Notes: generated by a model from the letters alone, not told the origin. A stretch of 61,577 nucleotides of DNA, filler included, from Choristocarpus tenellus KU-1152 (GCA_964200185.2; 12 parts of 12 records of this genome joined end to end with filler, not necessarily neighbours in it); one strand, 5' to 3'. Counted from the whole stretch's first letter, positions 36,646 through 49,901 are shown. Numbers and translations are program-made.

Positions 36646-37023
36646 CTATGCCTTCTTCCCAGACTTCTTAGGCAGAAGAACAGCGTGGATGTTAGGCAGC
36701 ACGCCGCCAGATGCGATGGTAACCTCACCGAGAAGCTTGTTCAGCTCCTCGTCGTTGCGGACAGCTAGCTGGATGTGGCGGGGAACGATGCGAGCCTTCT
36801 TGTTGTCACGGGCAGCATTGCCAGCCAGCTCAAGAACCTCAGCCGTCAGGTACTCCAGAACAGCGGCGAGGTACACAGGGGCGCCGGCGCCAACACGAGT
36901 CGCGTACTTACCCTGCTTAAGGAAGCGACCAACACGGCCAACAGGAAACTGAAGTCCAGCCTTGGTCGACCTTGAAGTCGACTTCTTGGTGTCACCACGT
37001 CCGCCCTTTCCCTTGCCAGACAT
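36646..37023 (-). CDS. H2A: Histone H2A, copy 2
   Basis: Canonical 125-aa H2[11 protein letters not shown]...[14 protein letters not shown]. Confidence 0.99.
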   Translation of the reverse strand: MSGKGKGGRGDTKKSTSRSTKAGLQFPVGRVGRFLKQGKYATRVGAGAPVYLAAVLEYLTAEVLELAGNAARDNKKARIVPRHIQLAVRNDEELNKLLGEVTIASGGVLPNIHAVLLPKKSGKKA

Positions 37024-37384
37024 ATTTTGTTGGTTGATGACGGTGGATAAGATTTACAAATTCCTGGGTCTTTGAGGATTTTACAAGTTGTGATGAGTGT
37101 ATTGGTTGGGGTAGTGTGGTAGGGGGGGTGATCAATCACCTGGTACAAAGCAAACTGGAAATGGGAAAATGGAGTTGATGAAGATGGAAAATCGGGGGGT
37201 ACTGATTTTGAAATGGCATTGTATGATTGGCTGGGAATTGAATATCGCCACCGGATTGATCAAAAAGAAAAGCGGAGCACGAAAAGGAATATCTGGCGAT
37301 CATTTGGTGATCATGGTTTGCAAAGTCCCCAACCCGACACAACTCGATTTTCCACAATCCCATTATCCACCCAACTCCGAAACC

Positions 37385-37441
37385 ATGGCTAAGACACCCT
37401 CCAAGAAGTCTGTTAAGGCCCCCAAAAAGGCTGGCGAGAGG
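37385..37441 (+). CDS. H2B: Histone H2B, copy 2 (truncated by contig end)
   Basis: [19 protein letters not shown], with a 5' UTR nearly identical to copy 1. Confidence 0.92.
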
Positions 37442-37705
37442 NNNNNNNNNNNNNNNNNNNNNNNNNNNNNNNNNNNNNNNNNNNNTTAATTAATTAANNN
37501 NNNNNNNNNNNNNNNNNNNNNNNNNNNNNNNNNNNNNNNNNCCCCCCAAGGGCCATTCAGTGAAGAGCACAACACAAGAACAGGAAAAAAAAATTGGGGC
37601 GAAAATTCAACAACAGACACATTTCTTGTACAACTACGACACAAAGAGAACATGCAGAAACCAATGCGCATTTTTCTTTTGGCTTCTCAACAAGAGTACA
37701 CCTAC

Positions 37706-39231
37706 CGAGCCTGCCCTCCTGTCATCATCAAACTCGCCGTTGTAAACAGAGCCATCTGCCATGCTCAGCTTGCCCTGCACAGTTTGAGTCGAAGGGAAAA
37801 ATTCCAGCAGTAAAAAATTCTGAACATTGAGACGAAGTGGTGCAGAAAGGAACAGCTATCTCTAGGTCTATGTCCATTAGCTCTGGTGTCAAGACACATA
37901 CATGCCTACTGCTATCGGAAGATCCTGACCCTGCTAAGGATGCACAAACCTTCCAATGCAATGTGTAGCAAGTGTGAGTGTGTACCAGGCGCCTGGATAC
38001 CCGCAACATCAGTTCAGTGCTGGGGAGGGTGTAGCTAGTACAATTGCATGAATACATACATGTATATTTACATGAAACAAGCATTTTGAGAGTGACTGAA
38101 GTCATGTCATAGGTAAAAACAGTGTCAGCGACAGCAGACCTACCTTGCCGTGTTTCCTTCCACCTTTCCACTCCCCTTCATACTTGCTTCCATTAGAGTA
38201 CGTCATTGTGCCCTGGAATGTTCAAAGAGAGCATCAGGTTAACGTAAGAACCAAGAGAACACAATCTTTTTACAGGGAAAGGTGACTAAGTGAGGTGGAA
38301 TGGTGTTCAGGAGGGTCTTGACAGCGATGGCGAACAGCATCGTGCAGCCGATGAGATGTGAAGCAAGACTAATCTTCCTACCTTTCCGGTGATCTTGTTC
38401 TTCGTGAAATCGCCCTCGTATTGAGACCCTCCACGGTAGACCACCTTACCCTGTATATCGGTAATGCGCGTGTCAGTGGGATTTGAGTGGGTGACGGATA
38501 CTCGCGGAAAGGTAACGACATGTAGATGACCTACGAAATCTTTGGAGGTTCGAGACCAACGCTCACCTTTCCGTGTCTCTGGTCGTTCACCCATTGTCCT
38601 TCATAGGCACTTCCGTCAGCTTGGTAGACCGTCTTGCCCTGAGTACCGCATCCAACAACACCGTACCGAGGGCTCAGCGTTGCCAGAACACGTCTACAAT
38701 GCGGGGGACATAAACCTTAACAAACAATACAGCACGATTTAGCAATAGAGCTAGGATGGAGTCAACACGACGCTTCAAAGTAATGTCCCAACACATACAC
38801 AATTTCACACTCCACAACCGACCGAGATAGTCCAATGGGTACAGCACGGATTCAGTAAGGATCCTCTGGAACTTCTTTCCCACCTGTCCATGCTTCATGT
38901 CCTTCTTAAACTTTCCCTGGTACTTATCCCCGTTTGGGTAGACAAACCAGCCCTGAGGTCGATGGGAAAGGTATCAAGAAGGTTTAGGACTGCAAGTGAA
39001 GGGTTTACTACTCGCTCGAATGAGCATGTTGATGAAGTTAAAGAGAAGGTCCACTTCCAAGGTGCCATAAAACATCGTATCGGGACTAGGATCATGTTCC
39101 ACTCACGAACCGTCGTACTGGGAAGGTTCATTTAGTAGTAGGCAACGCTTTGCCCACCTCACCTTTTCGTTTTTCCTTGTTACCGCTGTTCCAGATGAAG
39201 TTGTCAATCCAAAAGTGAACAGCCCAGTCAT
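37706..39231 (-). CDS. MORN-repeat protein (3'-partial). Repeat exons 38884-38952, 38567-38638, 38382-38450, 38144-38212, 37706-37774; putative first exon about 39163-39231
   Basis: GWFVYPNGDKYQGKFKKDMKHGQ, GKTVYQADGSAYEGQWVNDQRHGK, GKVVYRGGSQYEGDFTKNKITGK, GTMTYSNGSKYEGEWKGGRKHGK, GKLSMADGSVYNGEFDDDRRAGS; each bounded by AG/GT. Confidence 0.88.
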
Positions 39232-39565
39232 GGTTGTTGAGGAGTGTTCAAGATTTTGGAGAGTGGGAAAGAACTACTATTGTGGAACTGAGAACAAACA
39301 GAAATGGTATTGAGGTGTGTGGGGTGAGGTGGTTTTTACATCTCAAAGAAAATCGATGAAAGAGAAAATGTGCGCCTTTGAGATCAAGAGGATATCAAAT
39401 TTGTAAAAAGTCAGTTAGGGTCTGAAAAATCATGAAGGGGAGGTATGACTATATTTGTGGACACGAGCATCTTTCTCAGACAGATCGTCATTCTCGCGCG
39501 TCAACGTCGCGAGACGCGAGGTACAATGATCGAAATAAAAGTTGGACATCATACCACAAGATGAG

Positions 39566-42500
39566 ATGTCTGCATTTTGGCTTCACAAGGGGGAAGGAGG
39601 GAGGGAGAGATCGTCCTCCAGCACATCCGAGAACAATAGATTGAAACGCAGGAACCTCACTTCTAGCAGAGGAGGAAGTAACAGCAAGCCTTCCAGCCGG
39701 AGGAAGCCTTCTTCAAAACTGGAAACAGAGTTCGATTTTCTAAAGGTCATGTGGAAGATTTGTGTTGTCCCCAGTCCTGCTTGCCTATGTGTAGTCGCCC
39801 ATACATTCCCAATGATGGAAGCTATATATTTCACTCTATCTAAGAGGTTGTTGATAAGACGTTTGGAATCTTCTACTCATTGCTCAAATGAGAAGACAAT
39901 CCGCCAACAACAAGGATGGAATCCTTGCACTCAAATGGCAGGAATCGTTCCTAGGGAGCTTCGGGCGCACTGATCTCAAGACCATCGACGATGGGCTTCG
40001 CACCCTCAGTTTTCCATCGGACACTCACGTAGGTCTCTGGAGCTTTAGTGATGAGGAAGATGAAGAGGAGGATGACTCTGATGAGAACGATGAGTCCGAG
40101 CATCATTATGTAGGGTCAGGGGAGGCGGCAACTTTGTCTCCAGGTCCAGTGGCAGCAGCAGTGAGACGTTCGGCTGCCGCGGAAGCTGCAGTGGTGAGAC
40201 TGGGGAAGGTGGGTCAGCAGTGTAAGGCACCTCTCGAGCAGCTCAGCCTCGCTCGCGCCCAGTTCAGTGCAGACGAGGAAGATGACAACGAGGCAAGCAC
40301 CGCATCCCTACCCCTCACTTGCCCTCCTTATATGGACTATTAAGTGGTTGCACTGTGTCAATGGAAGTGTATCCCTGGTGATTAGTGTGGCAATTGAACC
40401 CATGCCATTCACGAATTGAATTATCTACCAGTGGCATAGTGACTTTGTGACACTATCAAGTAGTCTCAAAAGCGCGCATGCGACTCATGTAATATCTTCG
40501 CCTCTTTTCAAATTCGTGTTAAATTAGGTGCTTGGATTTATTGCTTCAAGAGACTTCATTGACAAATTTCCTCGTTTTCACTTCCTGATGATCACATCTA
40601 TCCTGTTCGCAGCATCGATCCCATGGCCCCAGACTACATCACCATATCCGTGTATCCTGTATCTTGCTCAGCAGCCTTAAACAATGATACTACCTTGTCC
40701 AGTTTCCTACATCTTGGCCCACTCCTGTGTTTAGAGTTAATTTATGCTTGCAACCCTCAATAGACTCAGTTCTCCTATTCCCCACCCCCCACAACTTTGT
40801 GTAGTATTATTTCGACCATGTTTTTGTCCTTGTCTTCTGGTCACTTTTTTTCCCAATCCCTGCCCAACAGACATTGGAGCAATGTGCTGCACAGCTGAGG
40901 ATGATCAAAGACTATCTATATAGAAAGACGTATTGGGAATTTAATTCTACCTGCTCTCCCTTCCCACCAACTGAAAGTGCCATGTGCCTTGCACCCCATT
41001 GAATATGCCCCAGGTTCCGTGGGCTGTGATCAAACTAAGATCAGAGCAGGAAATATTCCGGACGCTGGACCCACGCTTTTTTGTTGAGGGTGAGTGTTGA
41101 ATTGTGTTGTGCTGTGGTTTGCACAAACATGGCTGTACTTCGTGTGGTGCAGTAGACAGTGGATGATGGTAGCTGCATGGCACGTCTATGCCCTCTTACC
41201 CTCTCCAGTGTGGTGGTCCTTGCATGTGTTTATGTTTTTTATTTAGTTGGCACTCCATCAGTTGCAGACAGTAGCATCCTTTCCACTGCACAGATGTTTG
41301 TAGCGGAGCCAGTTTTTAAATTACTTCCCACACCCATCTAACTTGAGGGTACCTTTTTTCAGACATTGCCACTTGTGCTGCTGCTTTAGGGGTAAGCTGC
41401 ATATCTCATTTTGCACACATGTGCATGCTCCACCCATGAAACAAAGTCCTAGACATGGGGTGTTGGTGGGATGTCAATAAACTGACTATCCTTAGACAGT
41501 TCAGAAATCATGCTGCCAGGGTTTCTTATGTACATGCTGGTCATCCACACAGTGTGGGTGGGAGCTACTTCTGTTCTTGTGATGTAAGTACTCCCTTGCT
41601 TTGCTCACCGGTTATGCATGTTGAAAGTTTTTTTTAGTGCATCTGGTTTGTTGCACGTATTGTTTCTGCCTCTGTCCTGTTGCTTGTGCACTACCACCTG
41701 CTTGCTAGTCTTGTTGCCTGAATCACCTGCTGAGTCATTCTCAGTGATGCCTTTACTCAAAACTGCTATCAGGTGGCTTGATACTTGTAGCATACATGGA
41801 TGGGCGGGTTCCTTAGTAGCACTCGGAAGATAATGCAAATGCTGTAAAGTTTGATTTGCTGATGTTACTCCCCCTATGCCCTCCCCCAACCCTCTCAACT
41901 TCCTTTTTTATGACCATATATATTTTAGACGCCCTCCCCCTGTACCCCCCCCAATCCACTCCATTTATTTTTTCTACACTCCCCTGCCCACTTGTAGATT
42001 TTGATCCCATCATGGCCTTGCTAGAGGAGCTTCCAGACTATGGACCAGTGGCCAACCAGGGCTCCAAGGGGGTTGGGGGAGGGGGAGGGGGGGGGGGTAT
42101 AGGCTTCAAAGCAAGTGGAGGCATGTTTGGATTTGGTCGGGGAGACACGGATGAGGGGGAGGGGGTCGATGGAAGTTATGATGAGTACCTGGAAAGGGAA
42201 CTCCGAGATAAGGTAGAGGGTGGTGGTTGAAGCAGGGGGTGGGGGTGCAAGGGAAGGGGGACAAGGGGCCTAATATACATATTCTGTCTAATTTGGGGTT
42301 GGGTATTTTTGACTTGTTGGGAGTGGTTGTGTACTGAATTGTATTGTAGAATTGTTTACTCCAGAGTGCTACAGACTACTGATGGAAATTTGAGTAAACT
42401 TCGCTTTTTCTGGGACCCTCTCAGATGCACATCAAAGTTTTTGGGGCGTTTAAGAATAGAAGGAGATTTGTTTGTTGCAAGAGTCGATGCGATATTTATA

Positions 42501-43684
42501 TGGCGGTAGCAATAGTGTTTAGGCTTGTTCCTAAAATAATTGTGTTTGCGATGCCTCCCGTGTATAGCATGCTACATATGTGTTGACACAGTGCCTTCAA
42601 TTATAAATTGTTTTGTACAAAGGTGTGCAGTATCAAATATGTAATACATCATATTTAACCACCTTCAGTAAACCATGGGGTAGCTGAGACCTTGAGTGTG
42701 CCTTTGAGTGTGTGATGATGCTTCTACTGGGCTCATTGCTGTCTCCTGCTTGTTCCCCCACTTCTGCTCCTGAACAACGGCAGACCCTGCTAGCTTAAGA
42801 CTTCACAAATATTCTATGCCTGCTATGATATTCCTCCTCCTCCCCCCCCCCCCCCCCCCCCCTCCCAACCCACACACCCACCCCCACAACACACAATACC
42901 CCACCACAACACCTCCCACCAATCAAAACAAAAAANNNNNNNNNNTAAGACTTCACAATCATTCTATGCCTGCTATGATATTCCTCCCCCCCCCCCCCCC
43001 CCCCTACCCTTTTCAAGCCTATACCCTTCCTCTTACCTGTTCCATTTCCCCCCTTCAATTTTGCCCACTGTGTGTGAACCACTATCAAAACAAGTTACTC
43101 CTTCAACCATCCCCCTTCCTGAGCCCTTTGTCACTTACCTTGCAATCTCTCTTCACAATGCAAACTCAAAACCTGGAGTCCTTAAACCCCCCTCCCCCCT
43201 CCCTCCTGCCCTCCTGCCCTCCTGCCCTCCTGCCCTCCTGCCCTCCTGCCCTCCTGCCCTCCTGCCCTCCTGCCCTCCTGCCCTCCCCCCGCATCTTTCG
43301 TCATATTCCTACTAACCCTAACCCTATCTGAAAAAAGGATGTGGCACGAGCAGCGGTAACATGTCAGATCGCTGCAGTTGTCCATGATAATTATACCGAT
43401 CTCGTTGGGGGCATGCGTAAGGTTCAGGCTGTGGATCTTGACCTCGCCCGTGCTGCAGTCCATGTGACCAATGCTCGCCGGGGACTGAAGAGGGGACTTG
43501 AGAGGGGTCCCTGTGCAATTCTGGCCATGCTAGCCAGCGAGGAGAGGAGGGCTCGATTGGGGGCAGCCAAGGATGCCCTGGAGCTTACTCTGGGTTTCCT
43601 GGTGGAGGAGGAAAGGGTCAAGGAAGACTTAGCGGTTGGGAAGTTCACCGAGGCTGTTTCTAAGGCTGGTGAGAAAAGGGATGA
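39566..43684 (+). CDS. VPS50: VPS50/syndetin-like protein (EARP subunit, Vps54_N-type domain), 5' part, multi-exon; upstream exon boundaries tentative
   Basis: Exons EIFRTLDPRFFVE (about 41015-41089), DFDPIMALLEELP...EYLERELRDK (about 41998-42212) and DVARAAVTCQIAAVVHDNYTDLVGGMRKVQAVDLDLARAAVHVTNARRGL...LAVGKFTEAV (about 43338-43684). Confidence 0.7.
43195..43287. repeat. (CCCTCCTG)n intronic minisatellite, about 10 units
   Basis: Direct reading. Confidence 0.95.
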
Positions 43685-44469
43685 GTAAGGGGTGTGTGTT
43701 GTGGCAAAGAGTGGCAAAGAGTGAGGGGGGTGAGGGAGGCTTGATGGCGATGGCATTGACTTGGAGGTATTTTATTTGCAGGTTGTTTTTAAAATGTAGA
43801 TGGTGCGTTTTTGAGTTGCTGACTCCCTGTTACCTGGGGTCAAAACGGAGCTAACTGTGGGAGGGGGCTACGAATAGTAGAGGAGAAGGGTGGGGTGGGG
43901 TGGGGTGGGGTGATTGTNNNNNNNNNNNNNNNNNNNNNNNNNNNNNNNNNNNNNNNNNNNNTTAATTAATTAANNNNNNNNNNNNNNNNNNNNNNNNNNN
44001 NNNNNNNNNNNNNNNNNGGGGGGGGGTTTCCCCACAATTGTCATTACGCTAACAATGTGTGAAATCACCACCATGACGAGCTTAGAAACAGCAGGAAGAG
44101 GAGAACAGAATGCGTGCAGGTAGAATAATTATGTTCAGCGTAATTATTCTATTCGCGTTCGACAGTTTGATCAAGAGATGACAAAGCTAAATTACATTCT
44201 GACTTCTTCAAAAGACTTCTGAGAATCATTGAAACGCAGAAGAACATGGTACCTGGGCAATGAGAATTATTATATTCTTTATTCTGTAACTCCACTCAAG
44301 CAAGGCGCTCGGTAAGGATTCTTCCATCCCTTCTAATCATGTTGTGAAGATGAATATTCTATCCTTTTTCCATGTTGTGAAGAACATATATGCACGCACA
44401 CTGAGAACGTCAGGAGGAAATTGAAGTACACTTTTGCACTATTTTGAGTCCATCACTGTCAACTACTAC

Positions 44470-44660
44470 AACATGGCCAAGTCACTGCCCGATCAGGTAC
44501 AATTAGTTCAAACATGGCCAGGTCCATGGCCTTCATCTGCTTCAACATGGCCACATGGGTACAAATAGTTCAAACATGGTCGTCAAGTCCATAGACTGTT
44601 TCAACATGGTAAGTGATGGGCTGGGCCTGTGGCCATGATCTGGAAGGTAAACATGGTAAC
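44470..44660. repeat. Degenerate tandem repeat with recurring AACATGG (about 60-bp unit)
   Basis: GGTACAA.TAGTTCAAACATGG...TTCAACATGG occurs twice, plus extra AACATGG copies. Confidence 0.55.
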
Positions 44661-45411
44661 TGGCCAGTGAAGGCCTTGGACCTGACCTAGAACGTTCTAC
44701 ATTTCCAACACTCACATTCCCTTGAACTTCAATCCCTCCCCCCCCAAAAAGTGTGCCTGAAAAAATACAAAAAAAAACTCCTTGCAAAACTTGTAACAGT
44801 AGGGAAACATACGTAGCTATAATGACCCCACCCTTTCTACACAGACAAACACAGTTTAGCCCCCCCCACCCCCCTGGGTCCCTCCCTTGCTCCGCCCATA
44901 ACTCCTCCTCCTAAGCTCTCTCTTCCAAAAGCTGCATAGGTCAGTAATCCTTCCCCCTGCCTGAAAAAAGAAAATAGCCCACCAAAGCACTCCCCTCAAG
45001 TGATGTAATGAACAAGAAACTTGTTGAAATAAACAGCTCACTTTGCCTGTTCAAGGTGCTCCATGCCAATGCCTCCAGGTGGGAGCTCCCATATCGCCTT
45101 CCCGCCAAGAACACGAACCATGTAGTTGTCCCCAACCTGCAACCCCCATCATATTAGATTTTATTATTATTATGCTTCATATTATATGCCAAGGGTTAGG
45201 GTGGATTTTTTTAGTTCCAAAGGGAAATATATATGGAGGTTTATGACCGCATTATAGAGGGACTCTGAGCCAAACACTGCTGTAGAAAACACTTGCTACA
45301 ATAGGCCTCCCAACTGAAATATATCGATCCACGTGTGACACAATACTATTGCCCTTGACTCTTGATGGCAGATGAATGACTCTTGATGAAAGGAGGGAAA
45401 AGACCTGCACA

Positions 45412-46016
45412 TGTTGATGCGCACAGGGGAGTAAGGCCTTTTTTGGGAACACCCCCAGGTTTGGGGAACATCAAACATTTCTCACCTCATTTTCAAACCA
45501 TTTTGACATCATTTTAGAACCGTTTCGCATCATTTTAGAACCATTTTTACACATTTTGGGGGGTCATTATAAAGACATTTCCATACCTTTTAGGGATATT
45601 TCTTGGACATTTGGTCATGTTTTTGGGGATGGTGCAGTGCACAGGGGAGATCTCCTGTGTTTGGGAGACCCCACTGTCATTGGGGAACCTCCACTGACAT
45701 ACCTTTTTCACTTCATCACATGCATTTTTGAAACCTAACCCTATGTCTAATCCTTACCACAAACATGGTACAGAGTCATCTAATCATGATAAAAAACATC
45801 ACCAAAAATATGACCAACTGTTCAAGACACATAGCTAAAATGATGTGAAAACGTCTTCAAAACGTCCCCAAAAACAGATTGAAATGGTTCTGCAATGATG
45901 TCAAAATGATTTGGAAAATAGTTTTAAAATGAGGTGGGAAATATTCCCCTTCCTTGCTGTTCCCCAAGCCTGGGGGTGCTCCTGAAAAAAGTCTTACTCT
46001 CCTATGCACATCAGTG
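45412..46016. mobile_element. Foldback / long-TIR non-autonomous element (about 220-bp diverged arms)
   Basis: 45412-45631 is the reverse complement of about 45797-46016 (e.g. CACCCCCAGGTTTGGGGAACA versus TGTTCCCCAAGCCTGGGGGTG). Confidence 0.8.
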
Positions 46017-48319
46017 TAGAGTGGGAGATCTATACCACACCAACAAAAAACTTTCAGTTGTCTAAAAAGAAAAACTTGCTGGGCAAATATCTTAGTAAAC
46101 TGGACAAAGAAGATCCACAAATAGCAGAAACGGTTGCCAAGATTAAAAGAAATCATGGTATAATGCAGGCACAGAGTTTATGAGGAAATGAAATAAATTA
46201 TGAAGGTACAACATACACAGAAACATACCTCCTCAACACCAAAGACATGCCATCAGCCTTTCACCAGCGAATCTTAGTCGAACCAATTACCAATTACGAA
46301 AGAAAGATGGGGTAGTAACACCATACTGTCATGAAATTGATGTGAAGTCGTGGAGGGCGCAACAAGGCTAACTTAAAAACATGATCTTCATGAGCAGAAA
46401 AAACTTGTGTAGGCCAAAAGGGATAGGGAACAGGTGAATACACTGGGACGTTAAAGATTGCCAATAATGGGCGGACTCGGGATAAAGAGGCCATGCAGGT
46501 GGATGGAAGACAAGATATTACCTGCTGTAGGTTATCAACCAGAAGAGGGTGGGTCGAGAGATATGGTACTATTATGTAATATTAATGTATAGCAGAGTAT
46601 CCAACTCAATAGATGCTACTGAAGAAAAGGGTCTAGGCTTTAGAAGCAACTAACCGGCACCAGGTAGAGTGATCTACTTGATACAACCTAGACAGAAGGT
46701 GGTGGAATGGGCACCATATGAAACGTCTCTCATGTGAAAGGTCTTTCATTCACAACTATTAGCACTAATACTTGATACTTAGTAACATGTTGTGGGTGAA
46801 AGAAACCGCTGAAAGATGTTACCACGCCAGTAAGTGAGTAGACTCAAATACGATCAACTCAACGATCAAGAAGCACCCAGCCCTTTCCATAGGAGAGGGG
46901 TAGTGGACTTGTAGTCTTCTCCACGCTAGTAATTGTGACCAGTGGCAGAACACAGGCAAAGGGTTGCCATGCAACTGTAACAGGAACAAACAACTGCATT
47001 AGACAGGACAGGACCTGTAGGTCCTTGCAAGAGGCGCATTTCAGCGACACACAGATGGTCATTGTCACAGTCAACCGAGGCAAATATATGCCTCCCTCGA
47101 TTTTTGGTATTTGTATAATGTAGTCAAGTAGTGGAAGGGGTGCAATTCGATCTTCTCTAAATGCTCATAGAGTTTACAATTCAGCAAGATAAGACCAGGT
47201 TCCTCTTGATGAATTCCACAAATATATGCAACCCCTCTCAAAGTCTCAGATGCAGGAAGTTTGTGACAAGCACCCCTCAAGAATCAAACTCGCAATACTA
47301 AACCCTACGCCAGCGGCATTGACCCCTACCATTCGTCTACAACCCGACCGCCACAGCTCTTCGCCAGACCCCAGCCCCACCTGATAACCTTGCCGATAGT
47401 TACCGATCTTTTCGGCTGCGTGGACTTCTCTCTCTGCCCAGCCTAGCCCCTCCTCGATGGCTACACCTTCTTCTTGAAAGTGAGCCAGCGTCAGTAGCAT
47501 GGGATTGTCCAATGTCACAGCATGGACTCCTTCTCGCTGGAAGCCATTGAACCAGGGTTCCGCCTTTCGTCTCTCCAGCAAATCCCCCACACTACTCTCA
47601 CGACTACTGAGGTCAAAGTATGCTACATACGACTTCGAATGGGAGGGGGTTGACGAGAATCATGGAGTTGTTTCGAAAGAGGAAACATGGATGAGGGTTG
47701 GGAGTCATTGAATTGAGAAGGAGTTCACTGTTCAAGCCATCAACATACGCGTTCGATCACGAGGACAAAAGTGACTTTGAAAATTTCATAAGAATCTCAA
47801 TCACCATGGTAAAGGGAGGGAGGAGTACGAATATGACTGTGGGGCAAAACGATCCCATTAAAAATATTCCAGCGGGAGTCTTCCCCTGCCCGCATGCTCT
47901 ACTTCTTTCCTTGCAAATTCTCTTGAATTCCTTCCCAACCACAGCAACGGAGGACTTGAAACTCTCCCTCTCTACCCTTCCAAAATGTCTCGTCGTTTGG
48001 GCATTCAACACACCTTGGTGGTCTCGATTACACTACGCACTGTCTCTCCAGGTTGAATTCTATGTGTTGCATGGGTTGGAGTGGAAGTCAAGAGATGAAA
48101 TATGCCAAGGAAGTTTGGAATTGACTTCATCCAGTTCGCATCCAAGTCCCGACCTACCAGGCACCGCTGTGGGCAAACCTTCGTCTCTCTTTTCCGGTCT
48201 CCTAGTGTATATTTGTGTGTAATGCTCAAGTTGTTTGAAACTTCAAATTGTCAACTACAGTACTATATATATGTCAAAGACAGTTCACCTTTTTTAGGAT
48301 CTCCGACATTGATGAGGAC

Positions 48320-48618
48320 AATACGCGCGGTCATATTGCATTTGCGCGCGTCACCTTTTGGAATTGAGATAGGACAAGTGATGTGTTGTGTGTGGATCAG
48401 ACGCACGAAAGGCACGCGGTAACCCCGACATAAACAATGAATCCAAACCAGCAAAGCCCGAGATTGTGTTTCTGTTCTGGCTGGTCACAACCAATCACAT
48501 TGAAGTTTCATCCACATGGCACTCATCAGCATGCCTCAGTCTCATCTTTCACTTCCTTTCTGAACCTCATCTCTGGTGGTTCTCATCACCCCCATCACAC
48601 AGAACCAGGTCCCATTAA
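48320..48618. repeat. Dispersed repeat family C, copy 2, ending at TTAA
   Basis: Homologous to 6560-6879 (CTGGTCACAACCAATCACA, CAGCATGCCTCAGTCTCATCT, CTGAACCTCATCTCTGGTGG). Confidence 0.75.
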
Positions 48619-49506
48619 ATATAGGGGTTGGAGTATTTCAGAGATGTTATAACGCCTGGTCGATTATTTTTTTAATTTGGTAATATCACAGATCACTTAT
48701 CGAAAGATACCTTTTTAGGGATCCATTTCAGGTCAATTTATGGAGTTGTGTCGGCCTCTCTAGCAGGCCTAACCCTCCCAAACCACACACTTACGCGCCA
48801 ATTGAGGAAATGTTCTAGTCGCCAAAGGATTCAGAAGGGCCGATTTAGGATGTGTAGTACCAGGTTCTATATCTTGCCGCAAACAAATGATGGCGAAAGG
48901 TTGATCTCAAGGTCAATTGAGGTTGTTGATGGAAGAAAGATTTGTGGAGATTTAGACTGCTGTTTGTGTCAGTATGGAAGAAGAGAGAAGAAAGAGATGG
49001 GAGCCTTACATGATTCCTCGTTGCTGAATGCGATCACATGGTTGAAAAGAGAAGAGTGACCTTGTGGGGTGTCTTCTTATTGCTTTTATATTATTATTTG
49101 TGCCTCAGATGTAAGTGAAGGGTTATGTCAGAGAAGTTTAATTCCTATAACAAACCCCGTACATAATCCAGATGTGTATCTCATTAGTTACATCACATGG
49201 ACTCAATCCAATGTCATAATCTCATATACACAACACAGGGTACACCTTACGATTGTCCTATTTTTGCACATTCCCCCATTACAGTGCGTACAATGAAAAG
49301 TTAGTGGAACTCTCAAAACTAAAAAAGTATGTGTATCCATAGTCAGAACGAAATTCATCTACAACCTTGTCAACACTGCCTGTCTGAATGGTCCCGAATG
49401 CTTTCGGTTACGTATTAATGTAATTTACATCTTATTCTACACAATTCCTCATGAGAGTGGAAGTAAAGGAACACAAATTGCTTTAACTCTCGCACCCTGC
49501 ATTCAT

Positions 49507-49901
49507 TTAATCAACACAGTGTCTAACAAGTCTTCTACCTGCTTCAGATGTACCAACACAGTGATGAACGATCATGTACCATGACCATCCCTCGCTTGGT
49601 GTATGGGTGAAATTTTGAACCAGGTCCCCTCTGCTGTTTCTCTTGGTAGACGTAACACTCACTCCCCAGGCCCGAAGCCTATCATAGTTGAAGGTTTTGC
49701 CCGTCAGATCCTCACACGATGTTTCATTCTTCCATTGAATGGGAGTAGATTTCCTGTGACGCTCCATCTCGAAACAGGATCAATGGCACAGTCTGACTTC
49801 CCATACCCTATGCACCCTTTGTTGTCTCTCTCTGTTACAGCGTGCCCCAGAAGCTTACCTCCACAGGATGTATAGCTCCAATCTACAGGCCTATAGATGA
49901 T
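49507..49901 (-). mobile_element. Degenerate Copia-type LTR retrotransposon fragment (post-integrase region)
   Basis: ETSCEDLTGKTFNYDRLRAWG resembles the TPxExxxGxxP...LRvfG motif. Confidence 0.4.

Noticed and set aside
42796-42990. Direct duplication around a 10-N gap
   Set aside because: Typical scaffolding overlap artefact at a poly-C run
42816-43463. Pro-rich and GGQEGRRA-repeat ORFs
   Set aside because: Translations of poly-C and the (CCCTCCTG)n intronic minisatellite
44470-44660. CRISPR-like repeat-spacer pattern
   Set aside because: Repeats are short, degenerate and irregularly spaced; eukaryotic context with no cas genes
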